Positions 50,682 to 64,000 of a stretch of DNA of 64,000 nucleotides are shown here, piece by piece. The stretch covers positions 14,012,001 to 14,076,000 of the forward strand of contig OX597816.1 in the NCBI GenBank assembly GCA_951406725.2, given 5' to 3'. The stretch's first letter is position 1. Each line of letters begins with the position of its first letter. The notes beneath the pieces are model-generated. The model was not told where the DNA came from, did no database searches, and saw nothing but the letters and a program-made list of their open reading frames with translations. The DNA comes from Octopus vulgaris (taxonomy: Eukaryota). The position numbers and the translations under genes were made by a program.

Positions 50682-51770
50682 AAGGCAGTTCATTGGCAGA
50701 ATCAGTAGAGTCAGATAAAAAAATGATGTGGTATTTAGTTACGGCCCTTTACGTTCAGAGTTCAGATTCCACCAAAGTTGACTTCATTTTTCATTCATCC
50801 GGGGTCTATAAAAATATCAGTGAATTATTAGGGGTCAATGTCATCAACTAGCCCTTTCCCCTCAAATTTGCTGGCCTTGTATCTAAATTATAAACAATCA
50901 TTATTATTGTTATTATTATTATTAAAGGCAGCAAGCTGGCAGAATTGTTAGCATAGCAGGCAAAATGCCCAAATGGCATTTCGTCTATCTTTATGTTCTG
51001 AGTTCAAATTCTGCTGAGGTCAACATTACCTTTCATCCTTTCAAGATGGATAAAATGAGTACCAGTGAAATACTGGGATTGATGTAATTGACTAACCCCA
51101 TCCCTTCAAATTTCAGGCCTTGTGAAAAGATTATTATTATTATTGTTATTATTATTAGGGAAGTATATTGGCAATATCTTTAGGATGTTGGACAAAATGC
51201 TTCACAGTATTTTTTTCTGCTCTTTGAGGTAACAGTTCAATCCTCTCCACGGTCAACGTTGCCTTTCATCCTTCCAGGATTGATAAAACAAAGTACCAGT
51301 TGAATACTGGGATCGATATAGTTGATTGTTCTCTCCCACAAAATGCCTGGCCTTGTGCCTATTTAAGACGTTATTACCATTATTGAGGCAGTGAGCTGGC
51401 AGAATTGGTAACACACCAGGCAAAATGCTTGGCGGCGTTTCATGTCTTTACATTCTGAGGTCAAATGCTGTTGAACTTGACTTCGCGTATCATCCTTTCA
51501 GGGTCAATAAAATAAGTACCAGTTATGCATTGGGGTCAATGTAATCAACTTACCCCACTCTCCCAAACTTACTGGTCTTGCACTAAAATTTGAAACTATT
51601 GTTATAACTATTATTATTGTTCAATGACTATTCCGCCGAGGTCAACTTTGCCTTTAATCCTTTCAGGGTCGATAAATTAAGTACCAGTGAAATACTGGGG
51701 TCAATGTAATCAACTAGTCCCCTCCTTCAAAATTTCAAGGCCTTGTGCCTTCAGTAGAAAGGATTATTGT
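50682..51770 (+). mobile_element. Head-to-tail array of ~5 diverged SINE-B monomers with (TTA)n spacers
   Basis: Repeated gcctttcatcctt...aagtaccag cores. Confidence 0.85.
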
Positions 51771-52619
51771 TAAATGACTGTATTCTTGTCATTTTGTACA
51801 TAACTTAAGGCGAAATCCCCGTTTAGAAGCATAAGCAACCATTCTAACCATTATTGTGGCTGGTTCTGTGTAAATTCTCAGCAATAACAGTTCCCAACAT
51901 GAATTCATTTCCATTTTGGAATTGTCTTACAATGTTAACATATTTAGCAAAAGCAAAAACAAAAAAAATTCATTGTTTTAGATTTTGCCATTTGAAATAA
52001 TTATAAAATTTTGAAATCGTACCTGTCTAAGAAATAATTCTTTTTCTAATCAGTTTTGCCCCTTCATCCTTTCTAAGCATCTTCTCTCATCAATGTGTCA
52101 ATTTGATTGACTATACATCTCTTCAGCCCATTTTCTGGCTTTTGTTCTACTCGAGGAAAACAGTATTAGTAGCGTACAGACAGTAGTAAAATGTGAGCTG
52201 TATTTAATGCCTTACAATACATACCTTTGTTCCTCTCTCTACCTAATTCAAAAATCAGGTAAAAGTTGACCATTGATCTTGCTTTTCAAGCTTTTAGGCT
52301 TGAAGGAATAAAACACTTGTAATATTGTGGGATTGATTCAATCAGCTATACCTCAATTCCTATCGTTAACGTTAAACCATTTCATCCCTCATGCCTAACA
52401 ACACACTGAATCGTTGTACAAATGGTATTGGATAAAATTTTACTGCTGCAGTCTGCCACCAGTCTCCATAGATTTTGAGTTTAAATACAAATTGTTATCA
52501 GCATGAAGAGCAGTTATTTGATATCTTCTGGTTCACGGGTTGTGCATCTCACTAAATCCCTTGACAAAAACATTTAATCCTTCTTGTCATTTGGTTTCAT
52601 ATCTATTTAAAATATTCCT

Positions 52620-52795
52620 GGTGATTGCCATTCAGCCCCAGGTCAGCTCTGAACAAGCAGGCCTATGATCCAGCCATGACCATCCAATCTTTTGTCGATA
52701 CATAGTGTATATACTGCTACATTATTCAATGTGTCCTTCCCGTTTTTAACACATAGGGTATGATTTGAGGGAGATTTGGCTGTTATTTCTAGAAA
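52620..52795 (-). mobile_element. Old SINE-like repeat (related piece near 29570-29670)
   Basis: tgatttgagggagatttggctgttatttctag; ccaggtcagctctga...cctatgatc. Confidence 0.5.
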
Positions 52796-53244
52796 GCTCT
52801 CTTGGTTCAAACAGATTCTTTTTTGGTTTTTTTATAAAGGCATAAGGCCAGATGCAAATTTGTGATTCATATTATCATTTGTTTAACAACAAATACTTGA
52901 CCAGTGCTTATTGTATTGTCATACGAAAAATAAAAGGTTGACAAAGCAGGATTTGAACTTGCAAAGTGGTAGGATAAAACTAAAGAAAATGAGAAATGAG
53001 ATGCCAACTTTTCTGTTACTCCACCACCTATTTCAGAAATTATTTAGCTAGTTGATGGTAATAGCCACCAGTCTCTGATGGTTGAAGTAACTATAATTTA
53101 GTGAACTGAAGTTGTGATATCTGTAAGTCTTTCAGTGAAATTGTGACGACTGAAGTCTTTTTAATTGTTATTTGTTTTGATAAATAAAGCGATTAGCAAA
53201 AGCAGAGTTTATGGTATTAAGTTATATTTGCTTTCAAGTAACAC

Positions 53245-53436
53245 CTGGCATGTAAAAAGTGTCCACTACACTCTCGGAGTGATTGGCATTAGGAAGGGCA
53301 GCTTTCAGCTGTAGAAACCTTGCCAGATCAGATTGGAGTTTGGTGCAGCTTTCCGGCTTGCCAGTCCTTAGTCAAACTGTCTAACCCATGCCAGCATGGA
53401 AAACAGACATTAAATGATGATGATGATGATGATGAT
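53245..53436 (+). mobile_element. RTE 3' end with (GAT)n tail
   Basis: ccactacactctcggagtgattggcattaggaagggca...ttaaatgatgatgatg. Confidence 0.85.
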
Positions 53437-53562
53437 AGGCAGGTAAATCTCAATTTAATAAAATCATCATTTACAATGTAAGGAAAAGAGATAAAACCTG
53501 TTATACAGCACGTAAATAAAACAGATTGTATAAGAATATTTATTATTATTATTATTATTATT

Positions 53563-53793
53563 AAGGTGGTGAACTGGCAGAAATGTTAGCATGCTTGATG
53601 GAATGCTTAATGGTATTTCACCTGTTTCTACATTCTGAGTTCAAATTCCACCAAGGTCGACTTTGCCTTCCATCCTTTCGGGGTCAGTAAAATAAGTACC
53701 ATTTGAACACTGGGGTCGATGTAATCAACTCATTCCCATCTCCTTCAAGCTGCCTTTGTGGCAAAAAAATTTGAAATAATAATAATAATAATA

Positions 53794-53835
<42 letters not shown>

Positions 53836-54335
53836 GACCCCAATAATAATTTGAATATTATTATTGTATAAGGTGGCGAGCTGGCAAAGTCGTTTCACGC
53901 CAGGTGAAATACTTAGCGGTATTTCATCTGCCACTATGTTCTGAGTTCAAAGTCCACTGAGACCAACTTTGCCTTTCATCCTTCCAAGGTTGATAAATTA
54001 AATACCAGTTGAGTACTAGGGTCGATTTAATCAACTTAATCCCTTCCCCAAAATTCAAGACTTGTGCCTATAGTAGAAAGGGTTATTATTATTATATAAG
54101 GTGGCAAGCTGTCAGAAAAAATATGGCTAGTGACATTTCTAGTTTTTCATGTTTTGAGTTCAAATCCTGCTGAGGTCAGCCTTGCTTTTCATCCTTTCAA
54201 GGTCAATAAAATAAGCTACCAGTCAAGTACTGGGGTCGATGGTATCAATTAATCCATCCCCTCAAAATTGCTGGCCTTGTGCCAAAATTTGAAGCCATTG
54301 TTATCATTGTTATTATTATCGTTATTATTATTATC

Positions 54336-54388
<53 letters not shown>

Positions 54389-54700
54389 TGAATAGGAAAA
54401 GAGGTGGTGGATAGCAGAATGAATGAGGCACTGTTGAAGATGCCACACAGTGTCACCTTTGTCTTTCATCCTTCAGGAGTTGATAAAATAATTACCATTC
54501 TAGTACCAGGGTAGATTTAATCCACCCTACACATATGAGGCCTTGTGCCAAAGTCAGATAGTCAACTTCACATCTCATACATCTGGAAACAGTGGGATAA
54601 AGTACCAGTAATATGCTGCGGTCTATTTAATCGCAGGTACTCATTCTCCACTACCACCACCACCACCCTACCAATTTCAGGCTTTGTGCCTACCTTAGAA
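53563..54700 (+). mobile_element. Head-to-tail array of 4-5 SINE-B monomers with (TTA)n spacers
   Basis: Same layout as 50682-51770. Confidence 0.85.
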
Positions 54701-55335
54701 CTAATTAATTTTGAATTAATGAAAATTAATAATAAAATAATAATAATGAAATTATTGTTTATAGTGCTCAGGTGCACCAGAATTAATTAATAAATGTATA
54801 ATTAATAAATGATTTCACTTAATACATTTAATGTATAATTATAATTATATCAGGTGAAAAACTGTGTTGAAACAGGTAAAGATTAAGCTCAGCTCCCCAC
54901 CTAGCAAGCTGAATCTGTAATACATTTTTCGATATCTCGTTTGAAACCAATTGCTTTCCCTCAAATCCTCAAAAATCCTTTAGAAAGTCATAAATATTTA
55001 CTGATTTAAAGGTTCTGCCAATCTTCAGAATATCAGGTCTTTGTGATTAATGAATAAATAAAATGACTAAAGATTCACTAAAAGAATTTGAAAATGGAAA
55101 ATAAATTAAAGACGAAACAGAATGAAATCTATATTATGCTGATTGTTACATGTTTATATTTTTTTAAACGAGTGATGATATCAATTAAATTTTTTTTTTC
55201 TGGAATATGATTTTCATCTCTTGTGTTTCTGTGTTCTTCTGATAAGATCTAAACCATCTTCTAGCTATGCCTGTCATCTTCATGTGGCTCATTTTCTAGT
55301 TACATACGCACACATATATGGGTACTTTAGTACAT

Positions 55336-55399
<64 letters not shown>

Positions 55400-55519
55400 C
55401 AGTTGAGATACACACATATATTTATATTTATATATCATATATATATATACCAGTTGAGATACACACACACACACACACATACATATATCAGTTGAGATAC
55501 ACACATATATATATATGTA

Positions 55520-55562
<43 letters not shown>

Positions 55563-55640
55563 TAGAAAAACCCCCACCTTTTATCAATTCAATAATGAAA
55601 TATTAAATTATACCATCTAATTTGGAATAATATTCCCTCA

Positions 55641-55711
<71 letters not shown>

Positions 55712-55798
55712 TATATACACCACACACACATATATACACAAATATGCATGTGTGTAACCCATGCTAGCATGGAAAGTAGATGTTAAATGATAATAATG

Positions 55799-55840
<42 letters not shown>

Positions 55841-57115
55841 TATAGAGAGAGAGAGAGAGAGAGTTGAAAAAAGATTAGAGATCTATACAAAGCAAATTTT
55901 TATATATAAAAGATGGAGGTGGAAATAGCACAGAAGTAATTCTAAGACATTTCAAGCTAAGAAGGAATTTAATAAGAACGATTTTTAAAATTATACAAAG
56001 AAAATATCATCTTATCAAATATGATATTTGATAAGATGAGATTCATCATCAAAACCGCTATTATTTTCTTTATATGATTTAAATAATTTTTAATAAATTC
56101 CCTCTTAAATTGAAATGTCTCAGACTCACTTCTGTGGTATTTCCATGTCCATCTTATATATATATATGTACACATACATGTACACTGACATATATGGACA
56201 TGTATTGTTGTATATATATATGCATATGTGAAAATGTGTGTGTATAGTAATAGAAGTATGCATAACTTTGTGTGTGTGTTTGACTATATTGATGTGTGTG
56301 TGTGTGTATATATATATATATACATTCACACACACACATATATATTGGGACTATGAGTTACAAGAACTCAGGATAAAATATGTCGACTTGTTTGAGGAAA
56401 GTATGACACAATGAAAGCGTTCAATGAACAATTATAACTTATAAAAAACTCAGGGCTGTAACATATAAGTAAAGGGAAGAAATCAAATAGAAATAACAAA
56501 TATAAAGGAAACGCATGAACTGTTTTTAAGCATCTTCTTTCCAACAAAGTTTTTGTAACTAGTCACTCCATCATCCAGTGTCAAAAAAAGGCAATGTTTC
56601 TTATAACAAGTAAATATGTAGCAAATGGTCATGTGGAATTGAATATAAAAATGGTCGGGATTGGCAAATGCACTGAAATGAGAGGGTTTATATGTAACTA
56701 AATTGATATCCTCTTTTGAGGCTGTGAATAGCATGAGAAAAATCTCAATCTGAAATTCATAGCAGTATTGTCTATGTGGTAATTCAACTCGCAAGAATGC
56801 ATAAGAGAGTACATCTCTCCTTGATAAGTAAAAGTTAACTCACTGACAGAGTTCAATGGTAATTGTAAACTTCTTGGGGCAATGATATGAATCTGAAGTG
56901 AAGACAGAATATGAAATGAAAGAAAAAAATGCTCTGATATATTATTTCAAGGAAATATGTGTACTATTCACTTATTTATTTTTTTCTTGTGAGAGATTTT
57001 CGTTGTTGTGGTTAGCCACATAACAAAGGCATATTGGAAAGGCAATATTCCCAGTGAACGATGAACATAATTTAGTCAGTCAATGTGACTGACATGGATA
57101 AATGTACCAAAACAA

Positions 57116-57832
57116 GTGGTATATATAAATGTACATGTGTATGTGTGTGTATGTATATCCACACATACATATATAATTGTACATATCTTTGTGTATGTAT
57201 ATATATGTATATATGTATATATACACATATATATGCATGCATTTAATATATATGTATATATGTGTGTATATGTATGTGCAAATGTATACATATACATACA
57301 TATATATGTATATGTACTTATGTATATGTACATATATGTATGTGCATATGTGTATGTACATACATGCACATGTATATGTAGGTATATGCATATATATTCA
57401 TACATGTGCATGTTTGTGTATATATATGCATACATGTATGTATATATGCATAAATTTACATGTATCTATATGTACATATGTTTGTGTATATATATATGTA
57501 TATATGTTTATATATGTATATAAGATATGTATATATGTTTGTAAGTTATGTATATATGTGTATAAGGTATGTATGTATATATGTGTATGAATATATATAT
57601 GTATGTATGCTTGTGTGTATATATACATATGTCTATGTATGTATATATGTGAATGTATATATACTATATATGTATATATATATTGATGTATATCTATATG
57701 CATATATGTCTATGTATACATGTAAATACATTTCAGTGTATATATATATATATATATATAAATCTATGTGTATGTATATGTACATATATATGCATTCATT
57801 ATGTGTATATATATATACATATATATATACAA
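57116..57832. repeat. Degenerate alternating purine-pyrimidine (TA/TG/CA) tract
   Basis: About 700 bp of tatg/tata/cata variants. Confidence 0.9.
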
Positions 57833-57939
57833 TATGAAACTCTCTAAAATGCTGGATGTCTTTCACTAAATGAGCTTCAGGAAAATCTTGACAGTTTTCT
57901 ATAATTATTATATCAAAATACTATGAGTATTACAAAAGG

Positions 57940-58070
57940 TGTAAGTGACTGGTCATACTGCAGCAACCAGATTGGAAGTATGCAAATAGAGCATTACGAT
58001 GATCACCAGAGAAGAAACATTGACGATGGTGAGTAGCCAAGGAATGTTATACTTCTCGGGAAGACACAAA
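57940..58070 (+). pseudogene. Highly decayed RTE-like LINE C-terminal coding remnant
   Basis: K*LVILQQPDWKYANRALR*SPEKKH*R...PRN resembles the RWLGHVLRM...ALxWxP..KR.RGRP motif. Confidence 0.4.
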
Positions 58071-59254
58071 GCGCAAGAAAAGAGATATTTGGCAAATACA
58101 GAATTTGCAACCCATCTTAAACATTGGAGAATCATCAGCTGATGTACAAGCATACATGGGATGGAGTGACTGACTTTAAGTAATATATTAATTACATGAA
58201 ACATATATACACTTATACACACACACACGCACACACACAAATGATAGAAAATGGAATCAATAACGTTTTTTTATTTAAAATCACTACAATCGTTTCAATA
58301 CATTCTTATACCATTATTACACAGATGAGATGTTGTGTAATCATCATCTTGCATCCAAGGTGTAAAATGTGCTTCCTCAGGTGATTGTTTAAATAAGTTC
58401 TTCATTAGATTCCTGATATATATATCTCACCATAGGCATATAAAAATATATGTATGTATATATAATATATATATGATATAATATATTTATATATATACAC
58501 ACATATATATTTCACCTTAGGTATATATAAATATATATATATGTATATATATATTATATACACATACACAATGGTTTTCTTTTGGTTTTCCTCTACTAAA
58601 TCCACTCACAAGGCTTTCATCAGTCCTGAAGTTGCAGTAGAAGACACCCTAGTTGCCACAAAGCTGGATTGAACCTGAAACCTCTGGGTTTAAGAAATTC
58701 AATCTTAACCACTCAGCCATCCATGTGTGTGTGTGAAAGTGTGTTTCATGTACAATTACTTATATATTATCTTAATTTTTTTTTACTTGTTTCACTCATT
58801 TGAATCTGGCCATGCTGGGGCATTACTTTGAAGTCTAGTATATCAATCACTGTTTGTTGAACTGGTAAGACACTGGATATAAAGAGCACAAAAGTGACAA
58901 TACCATCTTTAAATGGATGTAAGCATAAACACAGACAAATATATACATGTGAGTGTATTTATGTATGTACGTTTGTATGCATTTGTATATATATATATAT
59001 ATATATATATGTAAGTGTGTGTGTATATATATAAAATGTTTGTATTTGTATGTTATATATATATGATTGTATAAGTATATAATATGTATGTATATAATAA
59101 ATTACAATTGACTCAGAACTTTGTCATGAGGTAATGTATTAAACTGTTTTTAAGTACATGTAACTTCAACTAAATGTATTGAGTGCTACTTTCCTTCATT
59201 TGGTCTCTTACTTGTAATATATGTGTGCATCATATATATATATATATATATATA

Positions 59255-59635
59255 GTGGAAGTGCAATAGCCCAGTGTTTAGGGTGGTGGACTCGTGGTTG
59301 TAGGATTGCAGTTTTGATTCCCAGACTGGACGTTGTGAGTGTTTATTGAGCAAAAATGCCAAAAGCTCCACGAGGCTCCGGCATGGGGTTGTGGTGAACC
59401 CTGCTCTACTCTTTCACCACAACTTTCTCTCACTCTTTCTTCCTGTTTCTGTTGTAACTGTATTTCAAAGGGCTAGCCTTGTCACACTCTGTGTCACACT
59501 GAATCTCCCCAAGAACTACGTTAAGGGTACACATGTCTGTGGAGTGCTCAGCCACTTGCATGTTAATTTAACGAGCAGGCTGTTCTGTTGATTGGTTCAA
59601 CTGGAACCCTCGTCGTTGTAACTGACAGAGTGCCA

Positions 59636-59636
<1 letters not shown>
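59255..59636 (+). mobile_element. SINE head D + tail T3
   Basis: tagcccagtgtttaggg head, ctctttcaccacaactttctctcactc body, gaactacgttaagggtac tail. Confidence 0.85.
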
Positions 59637-59665
<29 letters not shown>

Positions 59666-59669
<4 letters not shown>

Positions 59670-59965
59670 AATTGCAGCATGGAAGGTGTTTATAAGCCAT
59701 TTAAGAAACACACAAAACCGTTAGATTCACTTCAACATTGAAATCTAATTTGTCAAAATATTTTCGTCGCTTTGAGACCGCGACCTGTTCACTGTCGTCT
59801 CAAAGCGACGAAAATATTTTGACAAATTAAATTTAAATGTTGAAGTGAATCTAACGGTTTTGTGTGTTTCTTGAATGGCTTATAAACACCTTCCACACTG
59901 CAATTGTGTTTTCGCCAGCACACGATCTCAGATCAGGTCACTTGCTATGCAAGTACATCTCCGTA
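59666..59965. mobile_element. Penelope-like fold-back element in (TA)n
   Basis: ~111-bp arms 59668-59778 / 59797-59907; same family as 12309-12513. Confidence 0.75.
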
Positions 59966-60381
59966 ATATATATATATGTGTGTGTATGTGTATATGCTGG
60001 GCTTCTGCACTGTCTCCATCTGACAAGTTCCACTCACTAATCATTCATCCATTTATGGCTATGATAGTATTGTAGACAACATCTGCCCAGTGTGCAATGC
60101 AACTTGTCTGAAACTGAGTCTGGGACCACAGAATTCCAAAGGAAACCATGTAGCCACAATTATATACACTTCATCTATACTATATATGTATGTATATATA
60201 ACATTACACACAAAAACAGAGGTGTATATGTATATAAAACTATACATATTTACGCTTCTGAGTGTATGTGTTCCTCTCTATTTTGTGTATATGTAATTTT
60301 TTTTTTTTTAATTTAGTTTCTTATTATGAAATTCTTAGACGCGAAACACATTATGAACATATTGGAAATATTTTTATTTTC

Positions 60382-60412
<31 letters not shown>

Positions 60413-60656
60413 AAATACATATTGATTTACATCTGATGGTCACACTCTTTTATTTAAACCAGAATGAGACAAAAAAAAAACAAGAAGCAATACTGTACAA
60501 CTGTTAATTTTTGTTGTTTTTATTATTATCTACTAGCAGAACTTGGTGAATTTACAAAATTGGTACAGTACAAAATTGGTCTTTTAGTTACATCTCTTTA
60601 CTTTCTGAATTCCAATCCTGCCGAAGATACCTTTGCTTTTTTTCCTTCTGAGGGCA

Positions 60657-60886
60657 TTAACCCTTTTGATACCAACCCGGCTGAAACCGCCTCTGGCTCT
60701 GTAGTACAAATGTCTTGATTTCATAAGTTTTGAATTAAAATCTTCCACCAAACCTTAGTCACAATTTATGTTCCTAACACCAGCTAAATGATAACTAAGT
60801 TATTTTACTAAATTCTTTGTTATTTTTAAAATTAATTGAAAGAAACACAGAGCATCTCAAAATAAATACAGTAATGAAAAGGTTAA
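60657..60886 (-). mobile_element. piggyBac-like MITE monomer (family 1) in an old SINE-B
   Basis: ttaa-ccctttt...aaaagg-ttaa. Confidence 0.85.
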
Positions 60887-61267
60887 AATTGAAGTATTAA
60901 AGTAATAAGGTTGATTAAATTGACCATATTGTTCATTTAAAATTTGTGGCATTGCGCCTGTGGTAAAATAAAATATAAAACATTGTTGATGTCGTAAGAA
61001 TTTAGAAATTTTTGAGAGAACGTGAAATAATTATATTTTTGGAATGTTGAATCTCGAAGCAGATAAAGCTATAAATGGTAGCATGTAACTATTATGTTGT
61101 GGAACTGAAACCCACATCTCTAAGTATAACAAGATGTGAACCCATTCCTGGCATGTTTACAGGAGATGCGAGCTCAGATCTCATGAGCAGCGTTCAACTT
61201 TTCCTATCCAAAGAGGCATTTTTGCCCAATATTTATATGCTATTATTTATAGCTCTCTACTTCAAAT

Positions 61268-61601
61268 GAAGGCACATGGCTCAGTGGTTAGAGCATCGAG
61301 CTTACGATCATGAAGTTGTGAGTTCGAATCCTAGATCGGGCTGCATGTTGTGTTTTTGAGCAAGACTCTTTACTTCACGTTGCTCCAGTTCACTCAGCTG
61401 TAGAAATGAGTTGCGCCGTCACAGGTGCCAAGCTGTATTGGCCTTTGCCTTTCCTTTGAATAACACTGGTGGCGCGGATAGGGGAGGCCGGTATGTATGG
61501 GCGGCTGCTGGTCTTCCATAAACAGCCTTGCCCGGACTTGTGCCTGGGAGAGTAACTTCCTAGGTGCAATCCCATGGTCAGTCATGACCGAAGGGGGTCT
61601 C
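61268..61601 (+). mobile_element. tRNA/CORE SINE head E + tail T2
   Basis: A box tggctcagtgg, B box agttcgaatcc, ttgagcaagactcttt; tail gtgcaatcccatggtcagtcatgaccgaaggggg. Confidence 0.9.
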
Positions 61602-62149
61602 AGGATCTGCTTCAAGATTCACCATTCCAAAATAAAAAAAAGAAACAAATGATTTTATTATTTAAAGTGGTGAACTAGCGAAAATGAAAGAATGCAAAAT
61701 GCCTTGTGATATTAAGCGACATTCCTTTACATTCTGAATTGAAATCCCATAGGGAGTCAACTTTACCTTTCATTATTTCGGAGTTGATAAAATAAGTACC
61801 AGTCATGTACTGGGATTGATATTTAACCATTCAAGTAAATAAAAACAAATATAAGCAGTGAGAATGAAGGAAACTAATGATGATCTGTGTTGGTAAAATG
61901 CAGCTAATGAAATTGTATTTTATGAATTAAGATCAATTAAATCTTCTATCGTTAACACATGGCTGCAAACTGTGAATCCTCGTGAAAATGGTAGAATTTA
62001 GATTATTACCATATATACTCATAAATAAGTTAGTTTTTTTTACTTTAAAAATAAAAGGAAAATACAGACATAGGAAAGCACACAAGTGTATAAATATGCC
62101 ACATGTGTATAAATATGCCACATGTGTATCATCACTATTTTTATGCCCA

Positions 62150-62525
62150 CCTTTCTACTCTAACGTGAAACAAATGGAGTTTATTGAGACAGATTTTCTA
62201 CAACTGGATGCTCTCACTATCACCAACTCTTGCTTGTTTCCAAGTAAGGTAATATTTCTCCATGGTCAGACTTGTTTTCACAGAATATATAAAACGGTTA
62301 ATGACATTCTTTTACTACAGTCTCAGAATGTGAAGACAAGGAGACAGAAACATGTGCACACTCACATATGTATATATATATACAACAGGCTTCTTTCAGT
62401 TTCCACCTACTAAATGCACTCGTGAGCCTTTCGTCAGCCCAGGGCTATAGTAGAAAACATTTGTCCAAGTGAGACTGAACCCAGACCCATGTGGTTGGGA
62501 AGCAAACTTCATACTATGCAGTCAC
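62150..62525 (-). mobile_element. SINE-A head with RTE-type tail, diverged
   Basis: actgaacccagacccatgtggttgggaagcaa head; ttctacaactggatgc tail. Confidence 0.65.
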
Positions 62526-62590
62526 ACATGAGTGAGTGTGTGTATGTAGATATATATATGTGTGTGAGTGTGTGTGTGTCTGTGTGTGCA

Positions 62591-62833
62591 AAGGTGCATG
62601 GCTTGGTGGTTATAGCATTGCACTTACAATCTAGCAATCATGGGTTCAATTCCCAGACCAAGCAGTGTGTTGTGCTCTTCACCAAAATGCTTCATTTCAC
62701 ATTGCTCCAGTCCACTCAGCTGTAAGTGAGTAACCATGTGATGGACTAGCATCCCATCCAGGAGAAATGTTGTGATCTCAGTCACTTTACTCCATAGAAA
62801 CTGGGTAAGCAGCCTTGTGAGTCCCAGGACTCA
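62591..62833 (+). mobile_element. SINE head E + tail T1
   Basis: tggcttggtggttatag; tttcacattgctccagtccactcagctg; gatggactagcatcccatccagg...agaaactggg. Confidence 0.75.
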
Positions 62834-63464
62834 TGAATTAATATCCAGGGGCTCATGATAATGCTGATGATGATGATGAAAAGCTGAAGCTAAAATATTA
62901 TTAATTCAAACAAGACTTATATATGAGTATATACATGGTATTAATATTTCATTATGATCAATTGATGAAACATTAGTATCAGACGAAAATGCCTTATATT
63001 ATTTAGAATATTTACCTTTATGTTGTGGTTTCAAATCTTGCCAAAGTTGACTTTGTCTTTTGACACATCCGGGTTTAATAAATATGTACCAATTCATTAT
63101 ATAATGCCTGCAAATTGCATGTTTTGGGGCTTTCTGCTTGTGAAGAAATCCTCACATAAGCAGAAATCCTACATGTTTGTCGGCATTGGAACAGATGACT
63201 CTGTCAACCTCAGTATGTGATTGGTACTTGTCTTATTGACCCTGGGAGGATGGAAAGCAAAATCGGGATTTAAACAACAACAACAATAATAAAAATAATA
63301 ATAATAATCATAATTATAATGTATTGGTGAGTAAGTTTGCACTTTATTTTCACTTCTCAGTTGGAAATGCTTCAATTATGTTACCAATATATCTTTGGGA
63401 AACTCATGAACATCGTAACATCTCAATTCTTGTTGCGCATAAACTTGATGATTCATGTCATTAC

Positions 63465-64000
63465 TATTATTGAGTGAGAGAGCAGTGCATACCATAAAAG
63501 TGACACTGGGGTAAAATATACGAAGCCCAGTATACCCATCATGACTACCCATCTGATAAGGGTACACCAGGCACATGCATCACAACCATATGTGCACAAC
63601 ATGGTGATCTCATATCAAGATAAACAGCACATGACCTTGCAGGTGGGGTCCAGTTAGAATTTTCTTCTGGTCGAGTAACCCATCCTGCTCAAAAGGTCCT
63701 TGAATAAGGGCTGTTTAAGGATGTTGAATGAAACACCCATGTTTCCAGAGGTAAATTACTCAAAACCCAAAGAATCCCTCTCAACACATGGCTACGATGC
63801 TCCCCCACTACTTCTGCTCGTGATCAGAGACGCACATATCATCAGCCACTAAGGGACATGCTCAACTGGATAAGGTCAAACAACTGACAAGCAAATCTGT
63901 GGTATTGAGTAGAATATTTGCTGTAGCCCATCTTTTATATCAAGACAAAACAATGTACATGATAACACTTCAAATCAGTTAAGATCAGAAGCCATGAGAG
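63465..64000 (-). mobile_element. Retroelement 3' region (runs off the window)
   Basis: Longer copy of the 19817-20195 family. Confidence 0.75.

Noticed and set aside
56483-56794. 103-aa ORF in non-repeat DNA
   Set aside because: Non-ATG start, no recognisable motif and no convincing splice boundaries
57076-57866. Overlapping ORFs on both strands
   Set aside because: An alternating purine-pyrimidine tract lacks stop codons by composition
61268-61345. tRNA gene
   Set aside because: A/B boxes are present, but the sequence continues into a CORE-like body and tail and has several diverged copies, so it is a SINE head

Overview
AT-rich, microsatellite-dense animal DNA, very probably from an octopus (coleoid cephalopod); that call rests on my recognition of the repeat families and was not checked by a search. 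No intact protein-coding gene is visible. Almost all listed ORFs are translations of microsatellites or SINEs, so the window reads as a large intron or intergenic region. It holds dozens of tRNA-derived SINEs (my working labels: SINE-A, SINE-B, and a modular set with heads D/E and tails T1-T4). It also holds RTE-LINE 3' ends, CR1-type LINE fragments, a deleted DD41D Tc1/mariner element, a mariner MITE, TTAA (piggyBac-like) MITEs, Helitrons, 8- and 9-bp-TSD MITEs and Penelope-like fold-back repeats. Top candidates for follow-up: (1) a minimal hammerhead ribozyme whose conserved C3-G8 core pair is swapped to G3-C8, in a Penelope-like repeat sitting in (TA)n; (2) SINE-B concatemers of 1-4 units, each flanked by a single TSD; (3) a head-by-tail combinatorial SINE system; (4) a piggyBac-like MITE that moves as a fixed dimer; (5) several long hairpins and candidate splice-bounded exons or microexons. 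Coordinates were read by eye and may be off by a few bases.
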